A stretch of 64,000 bases of DNA from Macrostomum lignano (taxonomy: Eukaryota). Both the position numbers and the translations under genes were made by a program. The notes under the pieces are model-generated. The model saw only the letters and a list, made by a program, of their open reading frames with translations, did not search any database and was not told the DNA's origin. This document shows, one piece after another, positions 53,393 through 64,000 of this stretch (the stretch's first letter is position 1; each line of letters starts with the position of its first letter). The stretch is from NCBI GenBank assembly GCA_002269645.1, contig NIVC01002132.1, positions 137,749 through 201,748 of the forward strand, written 5' to 3'.

Positions 53393-54545
53393 AATTCTCA
53401 GGGGGTCAGGAGTGATTCTCAGGAGTGGATCAGGAGTGATTCTCAGGGGTGGATCAGGAGTGATTCTCAGGGATGGATCAGGAGTGATTCTCAGGGGTAA
53501 ATCAGGAGTGATTCTCAGGGGTGGATCAGGAGTGATTCTCAGGGGTAAATCAGGAGTGATTCTCAGGGGTGGATCAGGAGTGATTCTCAGGGGTAAATCA
53601 GGAGTGATTCTCAGGGGTGGATCAGGAGTGATTCTCAGGGGTAAATCAGGAGTGATTCTCAGGGGTGGATCAGGAGTGATTCTCAGGGGTAAATCAGGAG
53701 TGATTCTCAGGGATGGATCAGAAGTGATTCTCAGGGATGGATCAGGAGTGATTCTCAGGGGTAAATCAGAAGTGATTCTCAGGGATGGATCAGAAGTGAT
53801 TCTCAGGGATGGATCAGGAGTGATTCTCAGGGGTAAATCAGAAGTGATTCTCAGGGATGGATCAGAAGTGATTCTCAGGGATGGATCAGGAGTGATTCTC
53901 AGGGATGGATCAGAAGTGATTCTCAGGGATGGATCAGGAGTGATTCTCAGGGGTGGATCAGGAGTGATTCTCAGGGATGGATCAGGAGTGATTCTCAGGG
54001 GTAAATCAGGAGTGATTCTCAGGGGTAAATCAGGAGTGATTCTCAGGGGTGGATCAGGAGTGATTCTCAGGGGTAAATCAGGAGTGATTCTCAGGGGTGG
54101 ATCAGGAGTGATTCTCAGGGGTAAATCAGGAGTGATTCTCAGGGGTAAATCAGGAGTGATTCTCGGGGGTAAATCAGGAGTGATTCTCAGGGGTAAATCA
54201 GGAGTGATTCTCAAGGGTAAATCAGGAGTGATTCTCAAGGGTAAATCAGGAGTGATTCTCAGGGGTAAATCAGGAGTGATTCTCAGGGGTAAATCAGGAG
54301 TGATTCTCAGGGGTAAATCAGGAGTGATTCTCAGGGGTAAATCAGGAGTGATTCTTAGGGGTAAATCAGGAGTGATTCTCAAGGGTAAATCAGGAGTGAT
54401 TCTCAAGGGTAAATCAGGAGTGATTCTCAAGGGTAAATCAGGAGTGATTCTCAGGGGTAAATCAGGAGTGATTCTCAAGGGTAAATCAGGAGTGATTCTC
54501 AGGGGTAAATCAGGAGTGATTCTTAGGGGTAAATCAGGAGTGATT
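53393..54545. repeat. 24-bp minisatellite (GGAGTGATTCTCAGGGGTAAATCA)n
   Basis: Tandem periodicity. Confidence 0.96.
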
Positions 54546-54722
54546 TACTTCGCTTTCCCCCGACCATAGACTATGTAAACACGGCGAAAAGCATTTCCTT
54601 GCCAGTCCCATTTAGTTTAGCGGTTGCGTAAAATACCTTGAAACAGCAGCATAGTTGATAATTTTCGATACAAGCTGAAGCCAAGCGCCACCTCAAGCCA
54701 GCCAGCTAAATCGGTCTCACCA

Positions 54723-55097
54723 ATGGACGAAGCCGTTTGTCAGATCTATCGAATGAGGATCTACGCCAGCTTTGAGGACAACACGCCTGACGCGGCGCAC
54801 TGGCTGCAGGAGTGCTTCAGCAAAGTATTCCACCAGTACGCCGTGGAGCTGGGGCTGAGAGGCTGTATTCAGTTCGAAGAGCTCTACTATAACTACTATG
54901 TGAAGAGTTGCGTAGAGGGTCCATTAGCTAAGCTGCAGAGACTGCAGGAGGTCATAACCAAATTCCAGGACAACCAGCCAATTTACAAGTTCAACAGGGT
55001 GGAGTTCAGCGAGACGGTTCCCATCAGCCACTATCACTACCACCTGGTGAAGGACAAGTACGACATGTGGTACGACTCTCAGAAGAGGGACTTTTGA
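54723..55097 (+). CDS. Acylphosphatase-like protein, 124 aa, catalytic signature degenerate
   Basis: AVELGLRGCIQ...VEGPLAKLQRLQEVI...VEFSETVPIS parallels ACYP KKLGLVGWVQN...LQGP..KV..MQE..NF....I. Single ATG-to-TGA ORF with coding-like GC3. Confidence 0.6.
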   Translation: MDEAVCQIYRMRIYASFEDNTPDAAHWLQECFSKVFHQYAVELGLRGCIQFEELYYNYYVKSCVEGPLAKLQRLQEVITKFQDNQPIYKFNRVEFSETVPISHYHYHLVKDKYDMWYDSQKRDF

Positions 55098-55214
55098 ACT
55101 GCCACAGCAATCTGACAATGGCGACTGCTCATAAATGAGTTTAATCAATAAACAAAATGAGATTGAATTGAACTGAGAAAGCCTGCAATGCAACGTGAGC
55201 TATTACTGAGCCCA

Positions 55215-57375
55215 TTAGCTATTGGCTACATGAGCCCATAGCAACGCATCAGCTATTAGCTACATCAGCCCATAGCAACGCATCAGCTATTAGCTACATC
55301 AGCCCATAGCAACCCATCAGCTATTGGCTACATCAGCCCATAGCAACCCATCAGCTATTGGCTACATCAGCCCATAGCAACCCATCAGCTATTGGCTACA
55401 TCAGCCCATAGCAACCCATCAGCTATTAGCTACATCAGCCCATAGCAACCCATCAGCTATTGGCTACATCAGCCCATAGCAACCCATCAGCTATTGGCTA
55501 CATCAGCCCATAGCAACCCATCAGCTATTGGCTACATCAGCCCATAGCAACCCATCAGCTATTAGCTACATCAGCCCATAGCAACCCATCAGCTATTGGC
55601 TACATCAGCCCATAGCAACCCATCAGCTATTGGCTACATCAGCCCATAGCAACCCATCAGCTATTGGCTACATCAGCCCATAGCAACCCATCAGCTATTA
55701 GCTACATCAGCCCATAGCAACCCATCAGCTATTAGCTACATCAGCCCATAGCAACCTATCAGCTATTGGCTACATCAGCCCATAGCAACCCATCAGCTAT
55801 TGGCTACATCAGCCCATAGCAACCCATCAGCTATTAGCTACATCAGCCCATAGCAACCTATCAGCTATTGGCTACATCAGCCCATAGCAACCCATCAGCT
55901 ATTGGCTACATCAGCCCATAGCAACCCATCAGCTATTAGCTACATCAGCCCATAGCAACCCATCAGCTATTGGCTACATTGGCTACAGCTATTGACCCAC
56001 ATCGTCTCGAAGTCCCTGTGGAACGGCTTCTGAGAAATGAGATTGAATTGAACTGAGAAAACCTGCAATGTTATATGTTCAATTTTAACAATGGAAATAA
56101 TGCATAGTGTCAATATATATTGTAAGAGTTTTAAATCAAGCTACAATTGGAAGTTGCTAGATTGTAAAATAGTCAATCAGCCAAATGTACTGCAAAGCAT
56201 TTCACCAGCACTGCAACCGAAATGTATAATATGTTTCATAACTACTAAAACGGGATTAATATGACTGTGAATGAAATATATTGAATTACATCATGTTCAG
56301 TCAGTACCATCAATGATTGGGAATTTTTATAGAAAAATGGACTAATTTTGGCAAATTGATTAACTTTGTGTAAGAGTTATTGCAGCTCATATCAGATAAT
56401 CCATCTATAGAATAAGCAATAAAATAAGTTTTATAATTACTGCCTACTTACTGTTCGCTGTTATTACTAGCAGCTACATGAGCCCATAGCAACGCATCAG
56501 CTATTAGCTACATCAGCCCATAGCAACCCATCAGCTATTAGCTACATAGCACATAGCAACCCATCAGCTATTAGCTACATCAGCCCATAGCAACGCATCA
56601 GCTATAAGCTACATCAGCCCATAGCAACCCATCAGCTATTAGCTACATAGCACATAGCAACCCATCAGCTATTAGCTACATCAGCCCATAGCAACCCATC
56701 AGCTATTAGCTACATCAGCCCATAGCAACCCATCAGCTATTAGCTACATAGCACATAGCAACCCATCAGCTATTAGCTACATCAGCCCATAGCAACCCAT
56801 CAGCTATTGGCTACATCAGCCCATAGCAACGCATTAGCTATTGGCTACATCAGCCCACAGCAACCCATCAGCTATTAGCTACATCAGCTCATAGCAACCC
56901 ATCAGCTATTGGCTACATCAGCCCATAGCAACGCATTAGCTATTGGCTACATCAGCCCATAGCAACCCATCAGCTATTAGCTACATCAGCCCATAGCAAC
57001 CCATCAGCTATTAGCTACATAGCACATAGCAACCCATCAGCTATTAGCTACATCAGCCCATAGCAACCCATCAGCTATTAGCTACATCAGCTCATAGCAA
57101 CCCATCAGCTATTGGCTACATCAGCCCATAGCAACGCATTAGCTATTGGCTACATCAGCCCATAGCAACCCATCAGCTATTAGCTACATAGCACATAGCA
57201 ACCCATCAGCTATTAGCTACATCAGCTCATAGCAACCCATCAGCTATTGGCTACATCAGCCCATAGCAACGCATTAGCTATTGGCTACATCAGCCCATAG
57301 CAACGCATCAGCCATTAGCTACATCAGCCAATAGCAACGCATCAGCTATTAGCTACATCAGCCCATAGCAACGTA
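55215..57375. repeat. 34-bp satellite (GCTACATCAGCCCATAGCAACCCATCAGCTATTR)n in two arrays (~55215-55985, ~56470-57375)
   Basis: 34-bp period; the right array overlaps the SIGMAR1 stop codon. Confidence 0.96.
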
Positions 57376-57997
57376 GTAGTGCCAAGCAGTACAGCCGCAC
57401 AAGCTTATAAGCAGAGTACCAGTCAAGAGTGGAAAACACAGAGTCAGCCAGCGCGAACGGCAGGGTGGTTGGCAGCAGGCCGCGGCCATATTCGACCATC
57501 CAGGTGCCGCCAGACCACTGTACAGCAGTGGCCTCGCCCCAAGTGTGGTACACGGTGTCCCCAGCCTTGTAGCTGTTCGTGTCCAAACTGCCCTCCTTCC
57601 ACTGGACGAAGCTGCCGGACAGAAGCGTGTCGGACACGTTGGCAAAGTAGCGTCCGGAGTGGCCGCTGGTGTCCACAGCGGTGCCAAACAGCAGCACGTA
57701 CTCGGTGAAGGAGGCGTACAACAGGTGTACGGCCCCCATCCAGCCTCCAGCGTTGATGAAGATCCATTCTCGCCGCTCCGGAGGCAGGAATCTCACAGCT
57801 GGGAAATTGGCCTCGAGATCGGTCACCACAGCTTTGTAGGCCCGCTCGATGCTGAGCAGCTGCACCGCGTGCTTCCTGGCCACGGTGTGAAGCAGCGCCT
57901 CATCAATGGCAGGCTGAGCAGACAGGAGCACTCGCTGCAGCTGCAGGCACAGAGCGATTGGCACTATGGCCACTAGAATGAGCTTTGCCGCACGCAT
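57353..57997 (-). CDS. SIGMAR1: Sigma non-opioid intracellular receptor 1 (ERG2/Sigma1R family), intronless, 214 aa
   Basis: N-terminal TM segment; WIFINAGGWMGA, LYASFTEYVLLFGTA, SGHSGRY, WMVEYGRG and PFALAD motifs. Confidence 0.95.
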   Translation of the reverse strand: MRAAKLILVAIVPIALCLQLQRVLLSAQPAIDEALLHTVARKHAVQLLSIERAYKAVVTDLEANFPAVRFLPPERREWIFINAGGWMGAVHLLYASFTEYVLLFGTAVDTSGHSGRYFANVSDTLLSGSFVQWKEGSLDTNSYKAGDTVYHTWGEATAVQWSGGTWMVEYGRGLLPTTLPFALADSVFSTLDWYSAYKLVRLYCLALLRCYGLM

Positions 57998-59985
57998 GCA
58001 GCAAATAAACTTAATTATTTTAAAAAACTTTATTGAATGTAAGATGCAAGCTGCAAGGATAAAATTTATACCATGTCTCTATAATGTCTCTACATTTTTG
58101 TCTCTATCAGCTTAGGCAAATGAAGGAGTTAATGTTAAGAAAATTTTATTAATTAGTATGTTAGCAACACAAAAAAACTTTCTGTTTAGAGCTATATGAT
58201 TAAATAAATTCTAGTAAATGTATGGAAATGTTAGGCCTTTGTGAACTAAAAGATTAAATGTTTATGCCAGTCAAGATTCTCATTGACACAACTATGAGTC
58301 AATTATTTAGGGCACAAAATAAAAAAGTTTTTTCTAAAGAGATTTATAGTTTTTTTTCTGTATAGCTATTAGAATAGCATTGTTTGAAATGCATTAATAT
58401 AGGAAACCCTTAGTATTTATTAATTCTTAAATCACATCATGAGGTTATAAACATCATGAATAATGATAATTATCTAGTTTGTTAGTTGCAATTGCAATAT
58501 TAAAAAAATATTTCTAGGTTTGCTACTGCTTAACAACTGCTGTAATACTGGCAGCCCAAAGTAAAATTGAAGTAAAATTAGCTAGTGAATTTGAGGTGGG
58601 GCCAGGCACTGTTTGAGGGATGCTTTTCTGTTTGAGAGACCAGGCATATTCTTGACCTCAGCTGATACCTCAGCTGAGTCAGCTTGACCTCAGCTTCATA
58701 GCATTAACATTGATAATATATAATATATATTAATATATCAATATACACATTTATTAGTATTCAGAAGCAGGATAAATTAGACGAGGCTCCTTATTTTATT
58801 CAAGACGTCCATGAAATATTTGTAATCATTTTGACATTACCACTTTGACATGCAGCCACCATGATCGATGAGCAATGTATCAAGTTAATCTGAAAGATAA
58901 CCTTTCGAAGAAATTAAAAACTTCAAATTTGGGTTTTCGTGTCAAGCTAATGATTTATCTTTATATTGTAAATCATATAAAGAATATATGCTTGTTGAGT
59001 TAATTTTTAAAAAAATTAGATAAAGAAAAGATTATTTTTTTCTGTTCAACTTTTATACAATTGTATTTGTTTAACTAAAACAAACGTTATACGATGAAGT
59101 TTTTAACTTTCGTATTTTGCAAGAAAGTCTGCTTTAGCAATAAAAACTAGCTCGTAACATCGACCTTTCCTTACATGTTCAACATGTTTAATCAGTGCAT
59201 TGGCGAATAGAGGCAGGACCAAGGGGGGGGGCATCGCCCCCTCAGCTGGGGCCAAAAGCATTTTCACCGTCTTTGCAATTGTTGGATCTAGCTAAATCCT
59301 CCGACCTCCACAAATTTCTTTCTAGTCTCCCTAAGTGCTCGTACTTTTCTTCTTTCATAGCCAGCTCTCACCCAGCAGCTTTTTTGTATGCAACTAAATT
59401 CATTAGTTAATTTTCAACTGACAGCAATGTTTCACTTACTTTTCTATACTGTCCTACTGATTGAAAACGCTTAGTACAAGTAGCGCAGCCAGGAGAGGGT
59501 GGCCTATCACACTATTCGTCTATTATTCACATGATAGCCACTATTTGCTCTCTTCTAGATTTTTAGTCTATTTGAATGTACACAGCATACTGTCAAACAC
59601 TGGCGCACTATCCCCTCCAAAATACTGGCTTGACTATTGCTTTTCTTAGTATAATAAATAAATACAAATTCCCACTTAACAACTAGGCCTAGACCCCCAT
59701 GAAAATTCAAGTGTAAATAAATATTTTTATCAACATCCTGATATCCTTATTTATCAATTGGTGTTTGCAAGCTTAGAGGCTATTATAATATCATTCATTT
59801 GCTTAGAATTGAACAAGGAATTCAATTTTTTAAGTTTTAATTTCTAAATAAGAGTTAATTATTACTATAATAATAATATGCTAATATCTTTTAACTATTT
59901 TCTAGAAAAATTTATAATGCTATTTTTAATAATTGTCTATTTATTAGTGATCCTAAGCCTATTCTACTGTAACCAAGCATTGTTT

Positions 59986-60428
59986 CAGTGGTAGCGCAGG
60001 GGGGGGGGCACAATTTTGGCACCCGTGTCGCATGTCCGCTGGTTTTTGAAACTTATTCCAATAGGGGGGGGGACACAAAGGGGGTGGGGGGCAGCTGCCC
60101 CTGGGTAACCACAGGTCACTGCCTCAAGGGGGTGACCACCTCACCATCTCCACAGCCCTTAAAAACACCCTAGGAAGGGAGGGCAGATGGTCACCCCCTT
60201 CTATGTAACTTGCATCAATGATTAAAAATGCATTTTTATAAGAATTTTCATGTTGCACATTCATTTTGTCGGAAGTGTATCATAATTTGTTCATAATTTT
60301 TACTTTATTAGAAAATTTGTGTTTGAAAAACAAATCCAAATGTTTTTTGTTTAATTTTGATTGGTAGGGGAAGGGGGTGACCACCTAACTACTGCCCCCC
60401 CCCAACTAGAGATACTGCGCCGCCACTG
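59986..60428. mobile_element. hAT-type MITE, 443 bp, TIR CAGTGG(TA/CG)GCGCAG, 8-bp TSD CATTGTTT
   Basis: TSD at 59978-59985 and 60429-60436. Confidence 0.88.
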
Positions 60429-60935
60429 CATTGTTTCAATAGGTAGCAATCTTTGGCATAGAAAAAATGCTTGGCATAGGCCTAACTATAGGCTGATAAG
60501 TGTATACCATATACTTATCAGTTAGGCTATTTTAGTGTCTAGTATGCTTTTAAATCTTGAAAACTATCTAGTATCTAGCACAGTTTGACTCTTGGCCAAA
60601 ATAGAGAGTTGTAGCCAATTATATCTAAGATCTTAGGATACTTTACTAAGATTAAGATTAGGTATTGGGATCTTAACCTTGCCTTTATTAGAAATTAGAA
60701 GCATTATTATTAGAAGCCTTCTATTATAAAGTTCGGGCCACTGTACATCTTGCGTGAGCGTGTGTAGGAGTGTGTGCCTGCGAACAATATTGGCGCTGGC
60801 CCGCAGCCTTCATGCAAATATTATTGTCAATACTATAGTGAAGTACCATTTGTAAATGTACTTTTCAAATATAGACAGCTCGCCTGGCTTACCTGCCTAG
60901 AATCACCTGCAGCCCGCAGCAGCAGCAGTGCAGTA

Positions 60936-63922
60936 ATGCAGTCCATTGTCAGCCACCTGAGCCGGCGCGCACTCAGCGGCCCCGGCCGAAAATCCGCCAC
61001 CCACGACCCGTTCGCCAGCCTGGCCAGGCGGGCCCGCGGCATCGACGTGCTGCGAGACCCGCGCACCAACCGCGGCCAGGCCTTCACTCTGCGCGAACGC
61101 CAGGTGCTCAACATCCACGGCCTGCTGCCGCCCTCAGTGAAGACCCAGGAGAGCCAGCTGGAGCGCATTCGCTACAACCTGCAGCGCTACGAGGATCCGC
61201 TGAATAAGTACATCTACTTGATGTCTCTGCAGGACAGAAACGAGCGGCTGTTCTATCGTTATCTGTCCGAGAGCGTTGAAGAGGCCATGCCGCTCATTTA
61301 CACGCCCACCGTTGGCCTCGCCTGCCAGAAGTTCGGCCACATCTTTCGCCGGCCGCGGTTGGTTGAGCTAGCGGATTTTTCTGAATTTGTTGCTTTCACT
61401 GCGACTCTGTGTCTTTCCTATCGGTTGCTGTATTCTATCGGAGGGTATTTCTCACGTCGGAGGGTATTTCCCATGCCGGAGGGTATTTCCCATGCCGGAG
61501 GGTATTTCTCAGATCGAAGGGTATTCCTCAAATCGAAGGGTATTTCCCACACCGAGGGTATTTCCCATATCGAAAGGTAATCCCAAATCTAAGGGTATTT
61601 CCCACACCGGGGGTGGATATTTCCCATGCCGGAGGGTATTTCCCATGTCGGAGGGTATTTCCCATGTCGGAGGTATTTTTCAGATCGGAGGGCATTTCCC
61701 AGATCGAAGGGTGTTTCTCATACCGGAAGGTATTTCTCAAATCAAGGGTTTTTTCCCACACTGGGGGGTATTTCCCATATCGGAGGGTATCTACTATCTC
61801 CTATCTGGAAATAAGAAGGTATCTCCAGATGGGAGGGTATTTCCCATTAGCCTTGAAGCCCCAATGTTCCGCAACCGCAACCCGCAGCGGGCTGTACATC
61901 ACCATATTCGACAAGGACAACATCGATAAAATTCTGCGCAACTGGCCGGAGAACGACATCCGCGCCATCGTGGTGACAGACGGCGAGCGCATCCTTGGCC
62001 TGGGCGATCTGGGCACGAACGGCATGGGCATCCCGGTTGGCAAGCTCAGCCTGTATACGGCCCTGGCCGGCGTCAACCCCAGCAACTGCCTGCCCATCGC
62101 GCTGGACGTTGGCTGCAACCGCAAAGAGCTGGTCAGCGACTCTATGTACAGCGGCCTGCGCATGCCGAGGGTCCGCGGCGCCGAGTACGATGAATTCATT
62201 GACGCCTTCATGCAAGCCGTGGTGAGGACCTACGGCCGCAGCTGCCTCGTGCAGTTCGAGGATTTCGGCAACGCCAATGCGTTCAGATTCTTGGAGAAGT
62301 ACCGCTACGACTATTGCGTGTTCAACGATGACATCCAGGGTGAGGGCATGGCTGGGCCGCTGACGGCTGGGATCCAGGATTCAGTGCTCGGGCGATTCAA
62401 GGGGCTAGGATGAGGGGGTAGAATGATGGCTAGAATGAAAGATAGAATAAGAGATAGAATGACCGAAGGATTTATGGTAGAATAAAGGGTGCTACAATCG
62501 AATAAAGGCTGAGTGAGTAGATAAAACTGTTGGCAAGACGATAGAGTTAAGGGTGAGACGCAGTAGAATGCAAGGGGAGGCGATAGAATGCAGGGAGAGA
62601 CGATAGAATGCAGGGAGAGACGATAGAATGCAGAGGGTGACGATAGAATGCAGAGGGTGACGATAGAATGCAGAGGGTGACGATAGAATGCAGAGGGTGA
62701 CGATAGAATGCAGAGGGTGACGATAGAATGCAGAGGGAGACAATGGAATGCAGGGAGAGACGGTAGAATGCATGGGGGGAGACGGTGGAATGCAGGGAGA
62801 GACGGTGGAATGCAAGGGGAGACGATAGAATGCAGGGAGAGACGGTAGAATGCAGGGAGAGACGGTGGAATGCAGGGAGAGACGATAGAATGCAGGGAGA
62901 GACGATAAAATGGAATGCAGGGAGAGACTGTAGAATGCAGGGAGAGACGGTAGAATGCAGGGAGACAATAGAATGCAGGGAGAGACGGTGGAATGCAGGG
63001 AGACAATAGAATGCAGGGAGAGACGATAGAATGCAGGGAGAGACGAAGGAATGCAGGGAGAGACGGTAGAATGCAGGGAGAGACGGTGGAATGCAGGGAG
63101 AGACGATAGAATGCAGGGAGAGACGATAGAATGCAGGGAGAGACGAAGGAATGCAGGGAGAGACGGTAGAATGCAGGGAGAGACGGTGGAATGCAGGGAG
63201 AGACGATAGAATGCATGGGGAGACGATAGAATGCAGGAGAGACGGTGGAATGCAGGGAGAGACGATAGAATGCAGGGAGAGACGAAGGAATGCAGGGAGA
63301 GACGATAGAATGCAGGGAGAGACGAAGGAATGCAGGGAGAGACGATAGAATGCAGGGAGAGACGATAGAATGCAGGGAGAGACGATAGAATGCAGGGAGA
63401 GACGATAGAAAGCAGGGAGAGACGATAGAATGCAGAGGGAGACAATGGAATGCAGGGAGAAACGGTAGAATGCAGGGAGAGACGGTGGAATGCAGGGAGA
63501 GACGGTGGAATGCAGGGAGACGATAGAATGCAGGGAGAGACGGTGGAATGCAGGGAGACGATAGAATGCAGGGAGAGACGATAGAATGCAGGGAGAGACG
63601 ATAGAATGCAGGGAGAGACGATAGAATGCAGGAGAGACGAAGGTATGCAGGGAGAGACGATAGAATGCAGGGAGAGACGGTAGAATGCAGCTCAGCACCT
63701 GTTGCCACCCTTCCGAAATCCGCAGGCACGGCTTCGGTGGCCGTGGCCGGCCTGCTGGCCGCTGTCGCGATTGACCAAGAAGCGCGTTCGGACAACGTGT
63801 TCCTGTTCCAGGGCGCCGGGGAGGCCAACATTGGCATCGCCAAGCTCATTCTGGAGGCAATGCAGGAGGAGGGCATGCAGAGGGAGGAGGGACTTAAGAA
63901 GATTTTTATGGTGGATAGCAAG
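60936..63922 (+). CDS. Malic enzyme (NAD(P)-dependent, N-terminus resembles a mitochondrial targeting peptide), 5' part; exons 60936-61357, 61888-62339, 63726-63922; continues beyond the window
   Basis: [56 protein letters not shown] and FQGAGEA motifs. Splice phases are consistent. Isoform not resolvable. Confidence 0.95.
61440..61850. repeat. Degenerate ~19-bp intronic repeat built on GGGTATTTCCC
   Basis: Recurrent motif within malic enzyme intron 1. Confidence 0.8.
62570..63690. repeat. 20-bp minisatellite (ACGATAGAATGCAGGGAGAG)n in malic enzyme intron 2
   Basis: Tandem periodicity. Confidence 0.95.
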
Positions 63923-64000
63923 GTGAGCATACTTTGTTTTGATGTTGCTGTTGTTTTGTATAGTCTGGGTATTCTTTGGAAAATTGTCGCTGACCTTGAA

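Noticed and set aside
53361-54569. 402-aa GVILRGKS and 363-aa RITPDLPL repeat ORFs
   Set aside because: Translations of a 24-bp satellite that is open on both strands; no gene context.
62311-63930. 539-aa, 383-aa and 317-aa minus-strand ORFs
   Set aside because: Antisense to malic enzyme exons and the 20-bp intronic minisatellite.

Overview
Animal genomic DNA: GC-rich exons, GT-AG introns, TTAGGG repeats, abundant minisatellites and SINEs. The style resembles a free-living flatworm such as Macrostomum, which is inference only. Host genes: two tandem ALK/LTK-type glycine-rich-domain genes, a DM9-repeat lectin, a calmodulin-like EF-hand gene, a ~15-kb multi-exon copine gene (minus strand), an acylphosphatase-like ORF, SIGMAR1, and the 5' part of a malic enzyme gene. 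Mobile DNA: an internally deleted Gypsy element, a THAP/P element (8-bp TSD), a two-ORF Harbinger, two hAT elements (8-bp TSDs), a mariner remnant, a foldback MITE and two tRNA-derived SINE families. The most striking object is a 9.47-kb element (10356-19824) flanked by a 6-bp TSD (AATGTG). It consists of two ~2.54-kb near-identical inverted arms, each carrying an outward-facing cassette of CCAAT/TATA promoter, unknown spliced ORF and intact intronless dUTPase, around a ~0.9-kb spacer. The P element later inserted into the left arm only. It looks like a non-autonomous Polinton/virus-like (possibly copy-back) element. Coordinates were read by eye; repeat-array boundaries are approximate.
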